Positions 41,745-51,935 of a DNA stretch of 64,000 bases are shown one piece after another. This DNA is from Trueperaceae bacterium (lineage in GTDB: Bacteria; Deinococcota; Deinococci; Deinococcales; Trueperaceae). The stretch is taken from positions 3,552,001 to 3,616,000 of the forward strand of contig OZ243956.1 of NCBI GenBank assembly GCA_965214405.1. Reading direction: 5' to 3'. Within the stretch, counting starts at the first letter, position 1. Each line of letters begins with the position of its first letter. The position numbers and the translations under genes were made by a program. Under the pieces are notes generated by a model. It was not told the origin of the DNA. It worked only from the letters and a program-made list of their open reading frames with translations, and ran no database searches.

Positions 41745-42629
41745 GTGCAAGCCTCCCCAAACCTCCTGCTTACCCCCGACACCTCCGCCCTTCACGATGG
41801 CGTCCAGCACCTCGCCACTTTGCTAACAGGCCGCCGTGTGCTCGTGCTCTCCGGCGCGGGCGTGAGCACCGAGTCGGGCATCCCGGATTATCGAGGGCCG
41901 GAAAGCATCAAAAAGCCGCGCAACCCGATGCGCTACAAGGAGTTCGTCGGGGGCGCGGAGGCGAGGCAGCGCTACTGGGCGCGAAGCTTTCGGGGCTGGC
42001 TGGCGGTTCACCGGGCGAAGCCTAATGAGGGGCACCGGGCCTTGGCGGCGATGGAGGCGCGAGGGGCACTCGGCGGCGTGATTACTCAGAACGTGGACGG
42101 GCTGCACCAGGGGGCGGGGAGCCGCAACGTGCTCGAGCTTCACGGCTCTTTAGCGTCGGTCAAGTGCTTGGAGTGTGGGGCGCGCGAGTCGCGGCGCAAG
42201 CTGCAAGCGCGGATGCTCGTCTTGAACCCAGCTTTTGAAACGCAGGGAGTTGAGATTACCCCCGACGGCGACGCGGAGATTCCGCAGGGGTTGATTGACA
42301 GCTTTACAGTGCCGGAATGTCTGCACTGCGGGGGCGTCCTCAAGCCCGATGTGGTGTTTTTTGGCGAGAACGTACCCAAGGAGCGGGTGCTGCGGGCGTA
42401 TGAGATGCTAGCTCGAGCCGACGCACTCTTGGTGGTAGGTTCGTCGCTTACGGTGTTTTCGGGGTATCGCTTTGTGGCTCGAGCCACGCAAGAGGGCAAA
42501 CCCGTCGCCATCATCAACCAAGGGCCGACGCGGGGTGATGGGGATGCGGTGCTAAAAGTAGAAGCGCCGCTTGGGGAGGTTTTACCGGCTTTGGCGGCGC
42601 TTCTTCCTTCTCCCGTTAGTTCTTTGTAA
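41745..42629 (+). CDS. NAD-dependent protein deacylase, Sir2 class II (CobB2-like)
   Basis: GAGVSTESGIPDYRG, TQNVDGLH, PDGDAE, KPDVVFFGE and GSSLTVFSG. Confidence 0.93.
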   Translation: MQASPNLLLTPDTSALHDGVQHLATLLTGRRVLVLSGAGVSTESGIPDYRGPESIKKPRNPMRYKEFVGGAEARQRYWARSFRGWLAVHRAKPNEGHRALAAMEARGALGGVITQNVDGLHQGAGSRNVLELHGSLASVKCLECGARESRRKLQARMLVLNPAFETQGVEITPDGDAEIPQGLIDSFTVPECLHCGGVLKPDVVFFGENVPKERVLRAYEMLARADALLVVGSSLTVFSGYRFVARATQEGKPVAIINQGPTRGDGDAVLKVEAPLGEVLPALAALLPSPVSSL

Positions 42630-42661
42630 AGGGTATTTTGAGGCGCAATAGCTGAACTGCT

Positions 42662-43354
42662 TTAACCCTCTTCGACCTCGAGTTCCACCTTCAGATTCCC
42701 CTTGCGTGTTTCGCCTTGCACCTTGGAAACTGTAAAACGTCCTAACCCCTCCGCGTAGACTTCATCCCCCGGTTCGGCGGCGCTCGATTTGCCCGCGCGC
42801 TCGCCGTTCACGCTCACCTTGCCCCCGGCAACGCCCTTGGAGAAGTAGGAGCGGGACACGCGAAAAGCCTTGGCCCCGAGCGCGTCCACGCGCAGAGACG
42901 GCACCACCACCTGAGAGCGTTTTACGCGGCCCGAGCCGAGGCGGTCCAAACTCACCTCCTGCGGCGTGACCCTTTGCGGGCCGACGCGCTCGAGACGCAG
43001 CGCCTCCTCCAAAGCGGCGCGCATCACGACCATCGTGAGGCCGTCTTGGTGCGCCACGATGTCTCCTAAATGTTCGTCAGGGAGACCGGCCCTTGTTAGC
43101 GCCACGCGCAAATCCGCCTCATCATGGACGCCCGCCACGTACACCGCCGCGAGCGGCGTGGTGGCCTCGGGGATGTGCTCGGGGTAGGCGGTCAGCACCC
43201 GCCGCCGCGCACCCGGATAGCCCCCGTCGAGGGTGACGCTCGCCCCGCCCGCCCGCAGAGTTGCGGCGAGCTTTGCGCCCTCATCAGGGTCTAGGAAGCC
43301 CGTGTGCGTCACGCGCCCGCCGCGCACGGCGGTGAGGAGGCTGTGGGGGTCCAT
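42662..43354 (-). CDS. YlmH/Sll1252-like S4-domain RNA-binding protein
   Basis: TGFLDP, GGYPGARRR, SLRVDAL..F.VSRS and TRKGN. Confidence 0.85.
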   Translation of the reverse strand: MDPHSLLTAVRGGRVTHTGFLDPDEGAKLAATLRAGGASVTLDGGYPGARRRVLTAYPEHIPEATTPLAAVYVAGVHDEADLRVALTRAGLPDEHLGDIVAHQDGLTMVVMRAALEEALRLERVGPQRVTPQEVSLDRLGSGRVKRSQVVVPSLRVDALGAKAFRVSRSYFSKGVAGGKVSVNGERAGKSSAAEPGDEVYAEGLGRFTVSKVQGETRKGNLKVELEVEEG

Positions 43355-43996
43355 CTAGCGCGCGTCCTCGTGAACGTCCAACACGTCAACGCCGCGTTCT
43401 TTGAGGCGTGACGGGAAGTTCTGCGCGTCCTCGCCGACCACCCGCAGCACCACCTCGCGGCGTTTACCCTGCTGCACCCCGGCGGTCACCGCCGCGACGA
43501 TGTTGGCGGGGGCCGCCGCCTCGGTCACGCGGGCGAGCACGCCGGGCTCGTCGGGCAAACTGACGGTAACGCGCGTGCCTCCCTCGCGCAGCCCCAGCAC
43601 CGCCACAAAGGCGCGCAGCATGTCGGTAATGGTAAAGATACCCACCAACCTCCCGTCCTCGACCACGGGCAGGCCCGAGATTTTACGCTCCTCCATCAGC
43701 AAAGCGGCGCGCTCCACGGGGTCGCTCGGCGCGACGGTCGCGGCGGGCGTGCTCATCACCTCCTTGACGGTGAGTTTGCTCAGCAGGTAGTTGAGTTCGT
43801 AGACCGACAGCGTGGTGGCGCGCGACGGGGTGGCCTCCTTGAGGTCGCGGTCTGTGACAATACCCACGACCTTGTCGCCCTCCAAGACCGGCAGCCGCCG
43901 GTAGCCGCCCGCGCGGAGCATCTGCATCGCCTCCAGCACAGGCGTGCGGCTGGTGACGGTCTGTGGGCTTTTGGTCATCCACTCTTTGACTAACAC
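43355..43996 (-). CDS. CBS-pair plus ACT-domain protein (AcuB-like)
   Basis: VKEWMT, GIVTDRDLKEA.PS.ATTLSVYEL and DEPGVLA. Confidence 0.9.
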   Translation of the reverse strand: MLVKEWMTKSPQTVTSRTPVLEAMQMLRAGGYRRLPVLEGDKVVGIVTDRDLKEATPSRATTLSVYELNYLLSKLTVKEVMSTPAATVAPSDPVERAALLMEERKISGLPVVEDGRLVGIFTITDMLRAFVAVLGLREGGTRVTVSLPDEPGVLARVTEAAAPANIVAAVTAGVQQGKRREVVLRVVGEDAQNFPSRLKERGVDVLDVHEDAR

Positions 43997-44191
43997 GTTT
44001 GAAACTCCTTTTGCCTTGTGATTGTCGCCTCGCGCTCGAGTACGAAAGCTTACCTGTAAATGGACAAGACCACAACAACACGCGTTTTTAGCGTAGAGAC
44101 GCCGCGTCAACCATAAAAAATCATAAACATCAGAACATTTGTACAGAGAACGCGGGTACGGTGGTGAATAATGGGCGGTGTGAAAAACGGT

Positions 44192-45325
44192 GTGAAACGC
44201 ATCTCCATCCTCGGCTCAACGGGCTCCATCGGCACGCAAACCTTGGAGGTGGCCCGCTGGCGTGGCTACCGCGTGGTCGGCTTGGCGGCGGGGCACAACG
44301 CTGAAACGTTGCTCGAGCAGACCCGCGAGTTCCGCCCCGACCTCGTCTCCTGCGACCCGTCGATAGCGTCACAGGTGAGGCCGCACCTGCCGAGCGGCAC
44401 CAGACTGGTGACGGGCTTTGGGGGCAGCGAGGCGGTGGCGCGGCTTTCTGCTGATGTCATTGTGGCCGCCATTCCCGGCATCGCGGGGCTCAAACCCACC
44501 GTCGCGGCCCTCAAAAGCGGCGCGCGCGTCGCGCTGGCGCACAAGGAGGCGATGGTCACCGCGGGGCCGCTCGTCTGGGAGGTGGCGCGGGCGCACGGCA
44601 CCGAGATTACCCCGGTGGACTCGGAACACTCCGCGCTCTTCCAGTGCCTTTTGGGCGAGGACCGGGGCACCGTCGAGACGCTCGTGTTGACCGCGTCGGG
44701 CGGACCTTTTCTGCGCGGCCCCGAAGATTTGAGCCGTGTCACGCCCGAAGATGCGCTCAAACACCCCAACTGGTCGATGGGAAGCCGCATCACGGTGGAC
44801 TCGGCGACGCTTTTTAACAAAGGGCTCGAGGTGTTAGAGGCGCATTTTCTTTTCGAGATGCCCTTGGAACGTATCGAGGTCGTCGTCCACCCGCAGTCCT
44901 TGATTCACGGCTTGGTGCGCTACCGAGACGGCAGCATCAAGGCGCAACTCGGCCCCCACGACATGCGGCCCATCATCCAGTACGGGATCGAATATCCCCA
45001 CAGACCCAAAACGCCCTTAAAGCCCCTGCCCCTTTGCGGCACCTGGGAACTGCTCGAGCCCGACCACGCCCGTTTCCCCGCTCTAAAGCTCGCCTACGAG
45101 GCGGGTAAAAAGGGAGGTGTTGCACCAGCCGCGCTCAACGCTGCGGATGAGGTGGCGGTTGAGGCGTTTTTAGCGGGAAAGATAGGATTTACGGATATCC
45201 CTAAGGTCTTAGAGCATGTGCTTACCCGAGCACCTTCGGCAGAGCTCTCCTGGGGAGCGATTGAGGAGGCGGACAGGGAGGCTCGAGGGGTCGCGCGGGC
45301 GTGGATAAAGAGGCGTTCTGCGTAG
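44192..45325 (+). CDS. dxr: 1-deoxy-D-xylulose-5-phosphate reductoisomerase
   Basis: [32 protein letters not shown] and NKGLE. Confidence 0.97.
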   Translation: MKRISILGSTGSIGTQTLEVARWRGYRVVGLAAGHNAETLLEQTREFRPDLVSCDPSIASQVRPHLPSGTRLVTGFGGSEAVARLSADVIVAAIPGIAGLKPTVAALKSGARVALAHKEAMVTAGPLVWEVARAHGTEITPVDSEHSALFQCLLGEDRGTVETLVLTASGGPFLRGPEDLSRVTPEDALKHPNWSMGSRITVDSATLFNKGLEVLEAHFLFEMPLERIEVVVHPQSLIHGLVRYRDGSIKAQLGPHDMRPIIQYGIEYPHRPKTPLKPLPLCGTWELLEPDHARFPALKLAYEAGKKGGVAPAALNAADEVAVEAFLAGKIGFTDIPKVLEHVLTRAPSAELSWGAIEEADREARGVARAWIKRRSA

Positions 45326-45380
45326 GGAAAAGGCGGGAGTGCGAACAGACCTCATCCCTTTTCCGGCGTAGGCTTAAAGC

Positions 45381-46532
45381 ATGTTCAACCTCTCCTACCG
45401 CCTGCCCGTCAAGCTGCTCGGCATCCCCGTCAAGCTCGACGCGTCGTTTCTGCTCGTCCTGGCCTTTTTTACCTGGGTCATCGGCGGCCAGGTTGACACG
45501 TACATCGCGCTCCTCAACCTGCCCGTGAACCCCAACACGCTGACCAGGGGCGCGACGCCCTACCTGCTCGGTTTACTCTCGGGGCTGGGGCTGCTGCTGT
45601 GCGTGCTCGTTCACGAACTCGGTCACGCCTTGGCTGCGCGCCGCTACGGCGTCGAGGTCCAAGAAATCACGCTCTGGCTCCTCGGCGGCGTCGCGCAGTT
45701 TAACGAGATGCCGCGCCAGCGGGGTGCCGAGGCGGTGGTGGGCATCGCGGGACCCGTTACCAGCGTGGGGCTGTCGGGGCTTTTTTACGCGCTGTGGCAA
45801 GTCACGCCTAACGCGGCGGGGGCGGCGCAGTTTATTTTCTCCTACCTCACCTGGGCGAACTTGTTGCTGGCTATCTTCAACCTCCTGCCCGCGCTGCCCC
45901 TAGACGGCGGGCGGGTGCTGCGCTCTCTTCTGGCGCTGCGCATGGGCCAGCTCAAAGCCACGCGCATCTCGGCCAATATAAGCCGGGTCATCGCCATTCT
46001 GTTGGGGTTGTACGGCTTAGTCACCTTCAACTTCATTCTCGTGCTTATCGCCTTTTTCGTCTACAACGCGGTGCGCGCCGAGACGCAGTACGCGGTGGTG
46101 TCGAAAACCTTGAAGGGCATATCCGTACGCGACATCATGACGCAGAACGTGGCGAGCGTGACCCCGGACATGCGGGTGTCAGATTTAGTTCGGCTCATCG
46201 CGTTCAAAAAGCATCTGGGCTATCCCGTGGTGGACGACGAGGACCGTCTGGTCGGCTTGGTCAAGTTGCAAGAAGCCAGAGACGCCGATGACGACCAGCG
46301 CATCGAGGAGATTATGACGCGCGAGGTCTATACGGTCACGCCGGGGACGGAAGCGCTCGAGGCCCTCCGCACCATCTCCGACTCCCCCACCGGGCGGCTC
46401 GTGGTGGTGGACGGTACAGCAGAGGGGGCGCGCCGCGTCGTCGGCATCCTCTCCAAAACCGACCTCATCCGCGCGGTAAAGACGCACATGGCGGATGACG
46501 AGAACGTGAGGCTGCCGGATGTTACGCGGTAG
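45381..46532 (+). CDS. Site-2 protease (M50) with CBS pair
   Basis: HELGH, AGP, FNLLPALPLDGGR and C-terminal CBS domains. Confidence 0.93.
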   Translation: MFNLSYRLPVKLLGIPVKLDASFLLVLAFFTWVIGGQVDTYIALLNLPVNPNTLTRGATPYLLGLLSGLGLLLCVLVHELGHALAARRYGVEVQEITLWLLGGVAQFNEMPRQRGAEAVVGIAGPVTSVGLSGLFYALWQVTPNAAGAAQFIFSYLTWANLLLAIFNLLPALPLDGGRVLRSLLALRMGQLKATRISANISRVIAILLGLYGLVTFNFILVLIAFFVYNAVRAETQYAVVSKTLKGISVRDIMTQNVASVTPDMRVSDLVRLIAFKKHLGYPVVDDEDRLVGLVKLQEARDADDDQRIEEIMTREVYTVTPGTEALEALRTISDSPTGRLVVVDGTAEGARRVVGILSKTDLIRAVKTHMADDENVRLPDVTR

Positions 46533-46599
46533 GATTACAGGGTTGCCAAAACTGAAATTTCTCACGCGTTGAACTCTGCAACTTTGCTAACTTTGCAGA

Positions 46600-46746
46600 A
46601 TGAGACGCATATTAATTTTTGCCGTTATTGCCACACTCACATCGTGTTTACCTGCTGCTGGACCTGGCAGCTCTTTTGAACCTTATGATCTTAGGGAACA
46701 TACTATCATCCGTGCTGAAGCAGGTTCAACCGTTTGCGCCTTTGCG
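46600..46746 (+). pseudogene. N-terminal 49 aa of an IS-disrupted lipoprotein
   Basis: TAACTT-N6-ATG, then MRRILIFAVIATLTSC (lipobox) LPAAGPGSSFEPYD...; reads into the IS (GCNPK*). Confidence 0.75.
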
Positions 46747-48105
46747 GGGTGCAACCCCAAATAGGCGGATAGAAAAAGGGGCGTAGCAGCGGTAGAATGG
46801 CGGATGAAAACGAGCCAGACAGGTGATTGGAAAGAACGGGCGAAGGAAGCGTTTGGCAGGTACTTAGAAGCTTTGGAACGAGACCTACCCGAAGATGCGG
46901 GTGTAGCCGAGGTTGAGACGGCGATGCTGGCGCATTATCAAGCGATGATGAGTGAGACTATGCAAGCTCTGGCAGATAGCCGGAGCTTTTCCCCCCGAGC
47001 ACAAAAGAGAAGTACCTGAAGGCTATTGGGGTAACGGCAAACGTCGCTGCGCGGTTAAGCACTTGTGGGGCCGGGTCTATGTCGAGGTACAAAGGCTGGT
47101 TGATAGAGAGGGTCGAGCCAAACAAGCTATCCTCGATAGACGCTTAGACCATTCGGGCTGGACGCCCAAAGCCTTAGCTTGCCTGACCGACTTAGCAGCG
47201 CGCGTGCCCTTAGAAGAAGGCGCTTACATCGCGCGCAACTTCGGCCTGAGGATTAGCTCGTCAGAATTAGACCGCTTGCAACGCCCCTACGCTGAGGCGT
47301 GTCGAGCCGAGGTGGCAGACAGACTGTTGTCTTGTTCAGAGCCTGAAGCGGCACGCCGACAAGGACGCGTCATGGTGTTGCAAATGGACGGCGTCTACGT
47401 CTTAGGGCAACCTGAACAGGGGCTATGTCCTGGCCTGGAACTCAAAACAGCCGTACTTTATCCGCAAGCCGCTCCGAGTCAGCGCTGGATGTTGGCCGAA
47501 CGCTGCTGTGCCGAAGACTTTGTCACGCTCGTGGCGGGTTTACTCAACGAAGCCGGAGTCACCCCCGCGGATACGCTGCTCGGTTTGGGTGATGGAGCCG
47601 TTTGGATTGACAACATCTTTTGTCATCTCGACGCCGTAAGAATCACCGACGTCTACCACGCCACTCAGTACCTCGACACCATCATGCAAGCACTGGCTTG
47701 GGATGAAGACCTAAGAACGCGCCACCGCTGTGACTGGTATCGGGGTCAGCTCAACGCCCGTGACTGGCTCGCTCACCACCTTCCTAAACCCGAGGTCTGG
47801 CTCACCTGGGATGACAAAGCGCAAACTGCTCTAAAGTATCTTGAAACCCGGCTTGACAGTATGGATTATGCTCGGTTCACAGAAAAAGGCTATCCCATCG
47901 GTTCAGGGCAAATCGAAGGGATGAACAAAGCCGTTATCGGAAACCGTATGAAAAGAAGCGGGATGCACTGGTCCAAACAAGGTGCTGCCAGTATGGCCTC
48001 TTTGCGTGCCCAGACCTGTGCCAAACATTCCCTCATTGACTTTGGGCAGCTCAGGCACCTCGCTTACCCTGCCCCGGCTTAATCCGACACTAGCGGGCTG
48101 CACCC
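46747..48105 (+). mobile_element. IS element copy 2 (same element as 22419-23777, opposite orientation), 1359 bp
   Basis: Same ends and identical ORF1 (46804-47019) and ORF2 (to 48082) translations. Confidence 0.93.
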
Positions 48106-48534
48106 CTAGAGGTGAAACACAGCTTCTTTGAAAGTGAGGCCGGAGCTTACACGCTAAACGTACAAGCCGCATCACCGCCCGACAGCCGCTTTGAACCCAA
48201 CGACAATTTTGAGCAGGCCAGCCCCATCACGCTTCCCTTCTCCGGCTCCTTGTTTATGGGCCGGGGCGACGAAGACTGGTTCATTTTTGTTGCAGACCGC
48301 GCGGGGAAGCTTGACATAGGCACCCTTTACAAAAGCACTGGCGGAGATTACCCAGCGGATTTGAGCCTCTTCGACGGTTCACGCAACCTCATTGCCAGTG
48401 CGGAGAATAATGCGCGACTTTCGGCAACTATTCAACCAGGGACGTACTACCTCAAGCGGGTTGACCCACAGTTGGTGTCTTCCGGGTTCGGGGTGGGGTT
48501 CGAGTATTCTATGCAAATTAAGCTCTCGCCCTAG
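48106..48534 (+). pseudogene. C-terminal part of the PPC-repeat lipoprotein
   Basis: Begins with the duplicated CTAGAGGTG and contains DSRFEPNDN...DWFIF...PGTYYL, the same module as 23778-25223. Confidence 0.88.
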
Positions 48535-48756
48535 CGCTTAGTTCCTGGCGAGGCTTAATAGTGCAACAGCCCGAACTCCGGATAGTTGAGCCGCGCACTG
48601 CTCCGCAACTTGGTGCGGCTGTCTCCCACTTTGAAAAACTCAAGATCGAAGGGGTGTATATAGCCAAAGCTCCTCTACTCCCCGTCTCCCTAACCGAACC
48701 CTCTGCCATAAACTCCCACAACGCACCTCACCCTCACCCCCACGTTACACTGGCGC

Positions 48757-49959
48757 ATGGCGCTCACCTCCTCCCCCAAACGCAAACGCGTCGTTCTCAC
48801 CGGGCTCGGCCTGTCGGCCTTTTTGACCTTTACCCACGGGACGAACGACGCGTTCACGAGTATGCTCGCGGCGCTCCTGCCCACCTTGCAGGAGCGCTTT
48901 TTGCTCTCCGAAACGGCGCTGGCGCTGCTCGTCGCCACACTCTCGTTCGGGTCGTCGGTCACGCAGCCCCTCTTTGGGGCGCTCTCGGACCGGCTGGGGC
49001 GGCGCTTGCTGGGGGGCTTGGGAATTATTCTCTCCTCGTCGCTCTTGAGTCTCATGGGCGTCGCGCCGTCGGTGTATCTTCTTTTTGGGTTGCTTCTGGT
49101 CGGTGGCCTCGGCGCGGCGGCCTTTCACCCCTCGGCAACGAGCATGGTGCGGGCCGCCGCGGGGGGTAAAAAGGGGCTGGCGGTGGGCATTTTTAGCGCG
49201 GGGGGGACGGTGGGAATGGCCTTAGGGCCGCTCGTCATCGGCGCGTTGATTGTGAATGACCTCCTGCCCTTTTCGCCGTGGCTCATGGTGCCGGGGGTGC
49301 TGTTGGGCGTGCTGATGATGCTGCTCGTTCCCAAGCAAGAACGCGCGCCAAAAAGGTCACGGCCCAAACTTTTCGACATCGACCTCTTTCGCGGCCCCGT
49401 GGGGGTGCTCTGTCTCTCGGGCGTGCTGCGCAGCCTCTCCTACGTCACCTTCGTCAACGCCATTTCGCTCTGGCTCGTCAACGTCAGAGGGCTGGACCGT
49501 GAGGACCCGACGCTCTTTTGGACGCTCACGGTATTTAATTCTGCGGCGGGTCTGGGCGGCATCCTGGCGGGGGCGCTGAGCGTGCGTATGGGTCGGCGAG
49601 GCCTCACCGTCGGCGCGATGCTCTTGGCGGTGCCGCTGCTTTTCCTTATCTTTTGGCTGCCCGCGCCTTCTGTGTTCTTTTTCGTGGCGGTGGCGCTCGC
49701 GGGCGCGCTCACCAACGCGCCCGTGCCGCTTCTTATTGTGAGCGCGCAGGATTTGGCCCCTCACGCGGTGGCGACCGCGACGGGGATGCTCATGGGGCTC
49801 ACCTGGGGCAGCGCCGGGGTACTCTACATTTTTATCGGACGCTTGCAAGAAACGCTCGGCATCACTGCGGCGATGAGTCTCAGTTATTTCTTTCTAATTC
49901 CGGCGGCGGCGCTGGCTTTTTACGTAATGTCCAAAAACCGGCACGCGCTGACTGAATGA
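48757..49959 (+). CDS. MFS transporter (Fsr-like)
   Basis: HGTND, QPLFGALSDRLGRR and AAFHP; about 12 TM helices. Confidence 0.92.
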   Translation: MALTSSPKRKRVVLTGLGLSAFLTFTHGTNDAFTSMLAALLPTLQERFLLSETALALLVATLSFGSSVTQPLFGALSDRLGRRLLGGLGIILSSSLLSLMGVAPSVYLLFGLLLVGGLGAAAFHPSATSMVRAAAGGKKGLAVGIFSAGGTVGMALGPLVIGALIVNDLLPFSPWLMVPGVLLGVLMMLLVPKQERAPKRSRPKLFDIDLFRGPVGVLCLSGVLRSLSYVTFVNAISLWLVNVRGLDREDPTLFWTLTVFNSAAGLGGILAGALSVRMGRRGLTVGAMLLAVPLLFLIFWLPAPSVFFFVAVALAGALTNAPVPLLIVSAQDLAPHAVATATGMLMGLTWGSAGVLYIFIGRLQETLGITAAMSLSYFFLIPAAALAFYVMSKNRHALTE

Positions 49960-49992
49960 GCGAGCTGATACCGGACGCGGTAGGCTGACCGG

Positions 49993-50295
49993 ATGAGGCT
50001 GTTACAAGAGAGAGTTCAGACGTTTGTAGACCAGCACGCTTTGCAAACCTTCCTCGAGCTGAGGCTTCTCGACCTCGCCTCGGAGGTGGGCGAGCTTGCT
50101 AAAGAAGTGCTCATTGCTTCCGACTACGGAAAAAGGGACTTCTCTACCTCTGACGCCTTTCAAGACGAACTGGGTGACGTATTTTTCTCGCTCATCTGCG
50201 TGGCTAACGAAGCGGGTGTTGAGATGGAGGGGGCGCTCGAGCACGTCCTAAACAAGTACACCCGACGTTTTGTGGAGGGTCTCGAGGAAACGTAA
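49993..50295 (+). CDS. MazG-like nucleotide pyrophosphohydrolase
   Basis: SEVGELAKE, DELGDVFF and KY..R. Confidence 0.88.
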   Translation: MRLLQERVQTFVDQHALQTFLELRLLDLASEVGELAKEVLIASDYGKRDFSTSDAFQDELGDVFFSLICVANEAGVEMEGALEHVLNKYTRRFVEGLEET

Positions 50296-50396
50296 GAAGA
50301 TCCAAGCGTATGAGCCCGAACCAAAACGAGAGTCTTATCTCCTAAATCTAGCCGTGCATCTGTGTAAGCCGAGTAGTGCTACGTGAAGCTTGTCCT

Positions 50397-50640
50397 CTAA
50401 AGCCACCCCGCCACCGTCTGAAAAAGCAAATACGCGTTGAGCACCACGATCATCCCGGTGACGGTCCAGGCGAGCACCACGAGCCAGGTTTGGTTGACGA
50501 AGCGGCCCATCTTGGCCCGGCTGCTTGTAAACATGACCAGGGGCACCACCGCAAAGGAAAGCTGTAAGGAGAGAATCACCTAACTGAGGATGAGCAGGTC
50601 GTTGGCCCCTCGAGACCAGCAAGAGGAATAAAAGATGACG
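50397..50640 (-). pseudogene. mntH: C-terminal remnant of an Nramp/MntH Mn2+ transporter with premature TAG
   Basis: DLLILS*VILSLQLSFAVVPLVMFTS...KMG.FVN matches the Nramp LL.LSQV.LS motif with Q changed to a stop. Confidence 0.8.
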
Positions 50641-50870
50641 TAAGGTCAGAAAAACCTCACCCCCTTCTGTACATACACCTCTCGACAGCGGCTCGTACGG
50701 GCGCTACGATTCCAAGCGTTAGAACGCTAAGTATAAGGTGAAAGGAAGGCGCGTCGTCTCCCAGGCGCTTTCGAGTTTCCGCACGCTCTTTGGGAGCAGT
50801 ATCGCTTACACTTGTACGACGATGACGCCTCAACACCGGTCTGCTATGACACCATGACAAGCTGCGCCTT

Positions 50871-51764
50871 GTGACCAAACGTCTTATCGTCAACGCCGAC
50901 GACTTAGGACTCTCGCCGGGGGTCAACCGGGGCATCGTCGAGGCGCACCGCTGCGGCGTCGTCACCTCGACGACCGCGATGGTCAACATGCCGAGCGTGG
51001 GGGCGGGCCTCCGCCTCGTTAAGACCGAAGCGCCCGCCTTGGGGTTGGGGCTGCACCTTAACCTGAGTTTCGGGCGGCCCCTGCTGCCTCCCGAGGAGGT
51101 GCCGAGCCTGGTCAGGGCCGACGGGCGCTTCTTGAGCGTCTCGAGGGGGCTCGCCTCGACGCGCCGCTGGAGACCCAGCGAGGTGCGGGCCGAATTGACC
51201 GCCCAGTTTGAACGCTTTGTCGAACTTACCGAAACCCTGCCCGACCACCTCGACTCGCACCAGCTCGTCGGTTCGCTCTCGGCGGTCTGCCGCGAGGTCA
51301 TGCTCGACTTGGCCGACGCCCACAGCCTGCCCGTGCGCCGGGGGGGGCGGGCGGTGTTCCGGCTGCTCGAGCAGGAGGTCGCGCGTCGCCTTTTTCTCAC
51401 GGGACCCTGGGCACCCCCGCTCCTGGGGCCTTTCCCGTGGCGGCGCTTCGACCACGTTTACGACCGGTTGCCTCGAGAAACCGACCACTTCGAGATGGGC
51501 TTTTTCGGCCCCCTCGCCACGGTCGAGACGCTACTACGCATCCTCGACACGCTGCCCGACGGGGTCACCGAACTCGTGTGTCACCCCGGTTATCTGGACG
51601 CGGACGCGGACGGCTACGGGCGGCGCGAAACCGAACTCGCCGCGCTGACCGACCCGCGCGTTCGGCGCAAAGTCGAGACGGCGGGCGTCGAACTCACTAC
51701 CTTTGGCGCGCTTCTTTCGTCAAGTTCTCTATCCGCTCGAGGGCCACAGGACTTTCCGCAGTGA
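50871..51764 (+). CDS. ChbG/YdjC-family carbohydrate deacetylase
   Basis: LIVNADDLG, GLHLNL, HLDSHQ, ELVCHPGY and R..EL..L. Confidence 0.92.
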   Translation: MTKRLIVNADDLGLSPGVNRGIVEAHRCGVVTSTTAMVNMPSVGAGLRLVKTEAPALGLGLHLNLSFGRPLLPPEEVPSLVRADGRFLSVSRGLASTRRWRPSEVRAELTAQFERFVELTETLPDHLDSHQLVGSLSAVCREVMLDLADAHSLPVRRGGRAVFRLLEQEVARRLFLTGPWAPPLLGPFPWRRFDHVYDRLPRETDHFEMGFFGPLATVETLLRILDTLPDGVTELVCHPGYLDADADGYGRRETELAALTDPRVRRKVETAGVELTTFGALLSSSSLSARGPQDFPQ

Positions 51765-51935
51765 TTTGGCGGTCCAACACCCGCTCCGCCGTAAGTTCGG
51801 GCGCACGTTCAGGCTGTTTGCCGGTGCGCACCTCTGCAGGCGGCCCATCACGAGTTGCCCCCTCACATCACTGACGGAGCCGCCTAAATTCAGGGGGATA
51901 TGCCCGGATTCCCTTTGTCTGTTCAGGTCTGTTCA

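Noticed and set aside
41745..42629. Sir2 as an anti-phage NADase partnered with higBA
   Set aside because: It is a canonical zinc-binding class II sirtuin with host-like composition, transcribed divergently.
23778..46746. Phase-variable invertible switch or composite transposon
   Set aside because: Re-inversion leaves an IS inside both genes, so neither is restored. The cargo is core housekeeping DNA and the outer flanks share no TSD.
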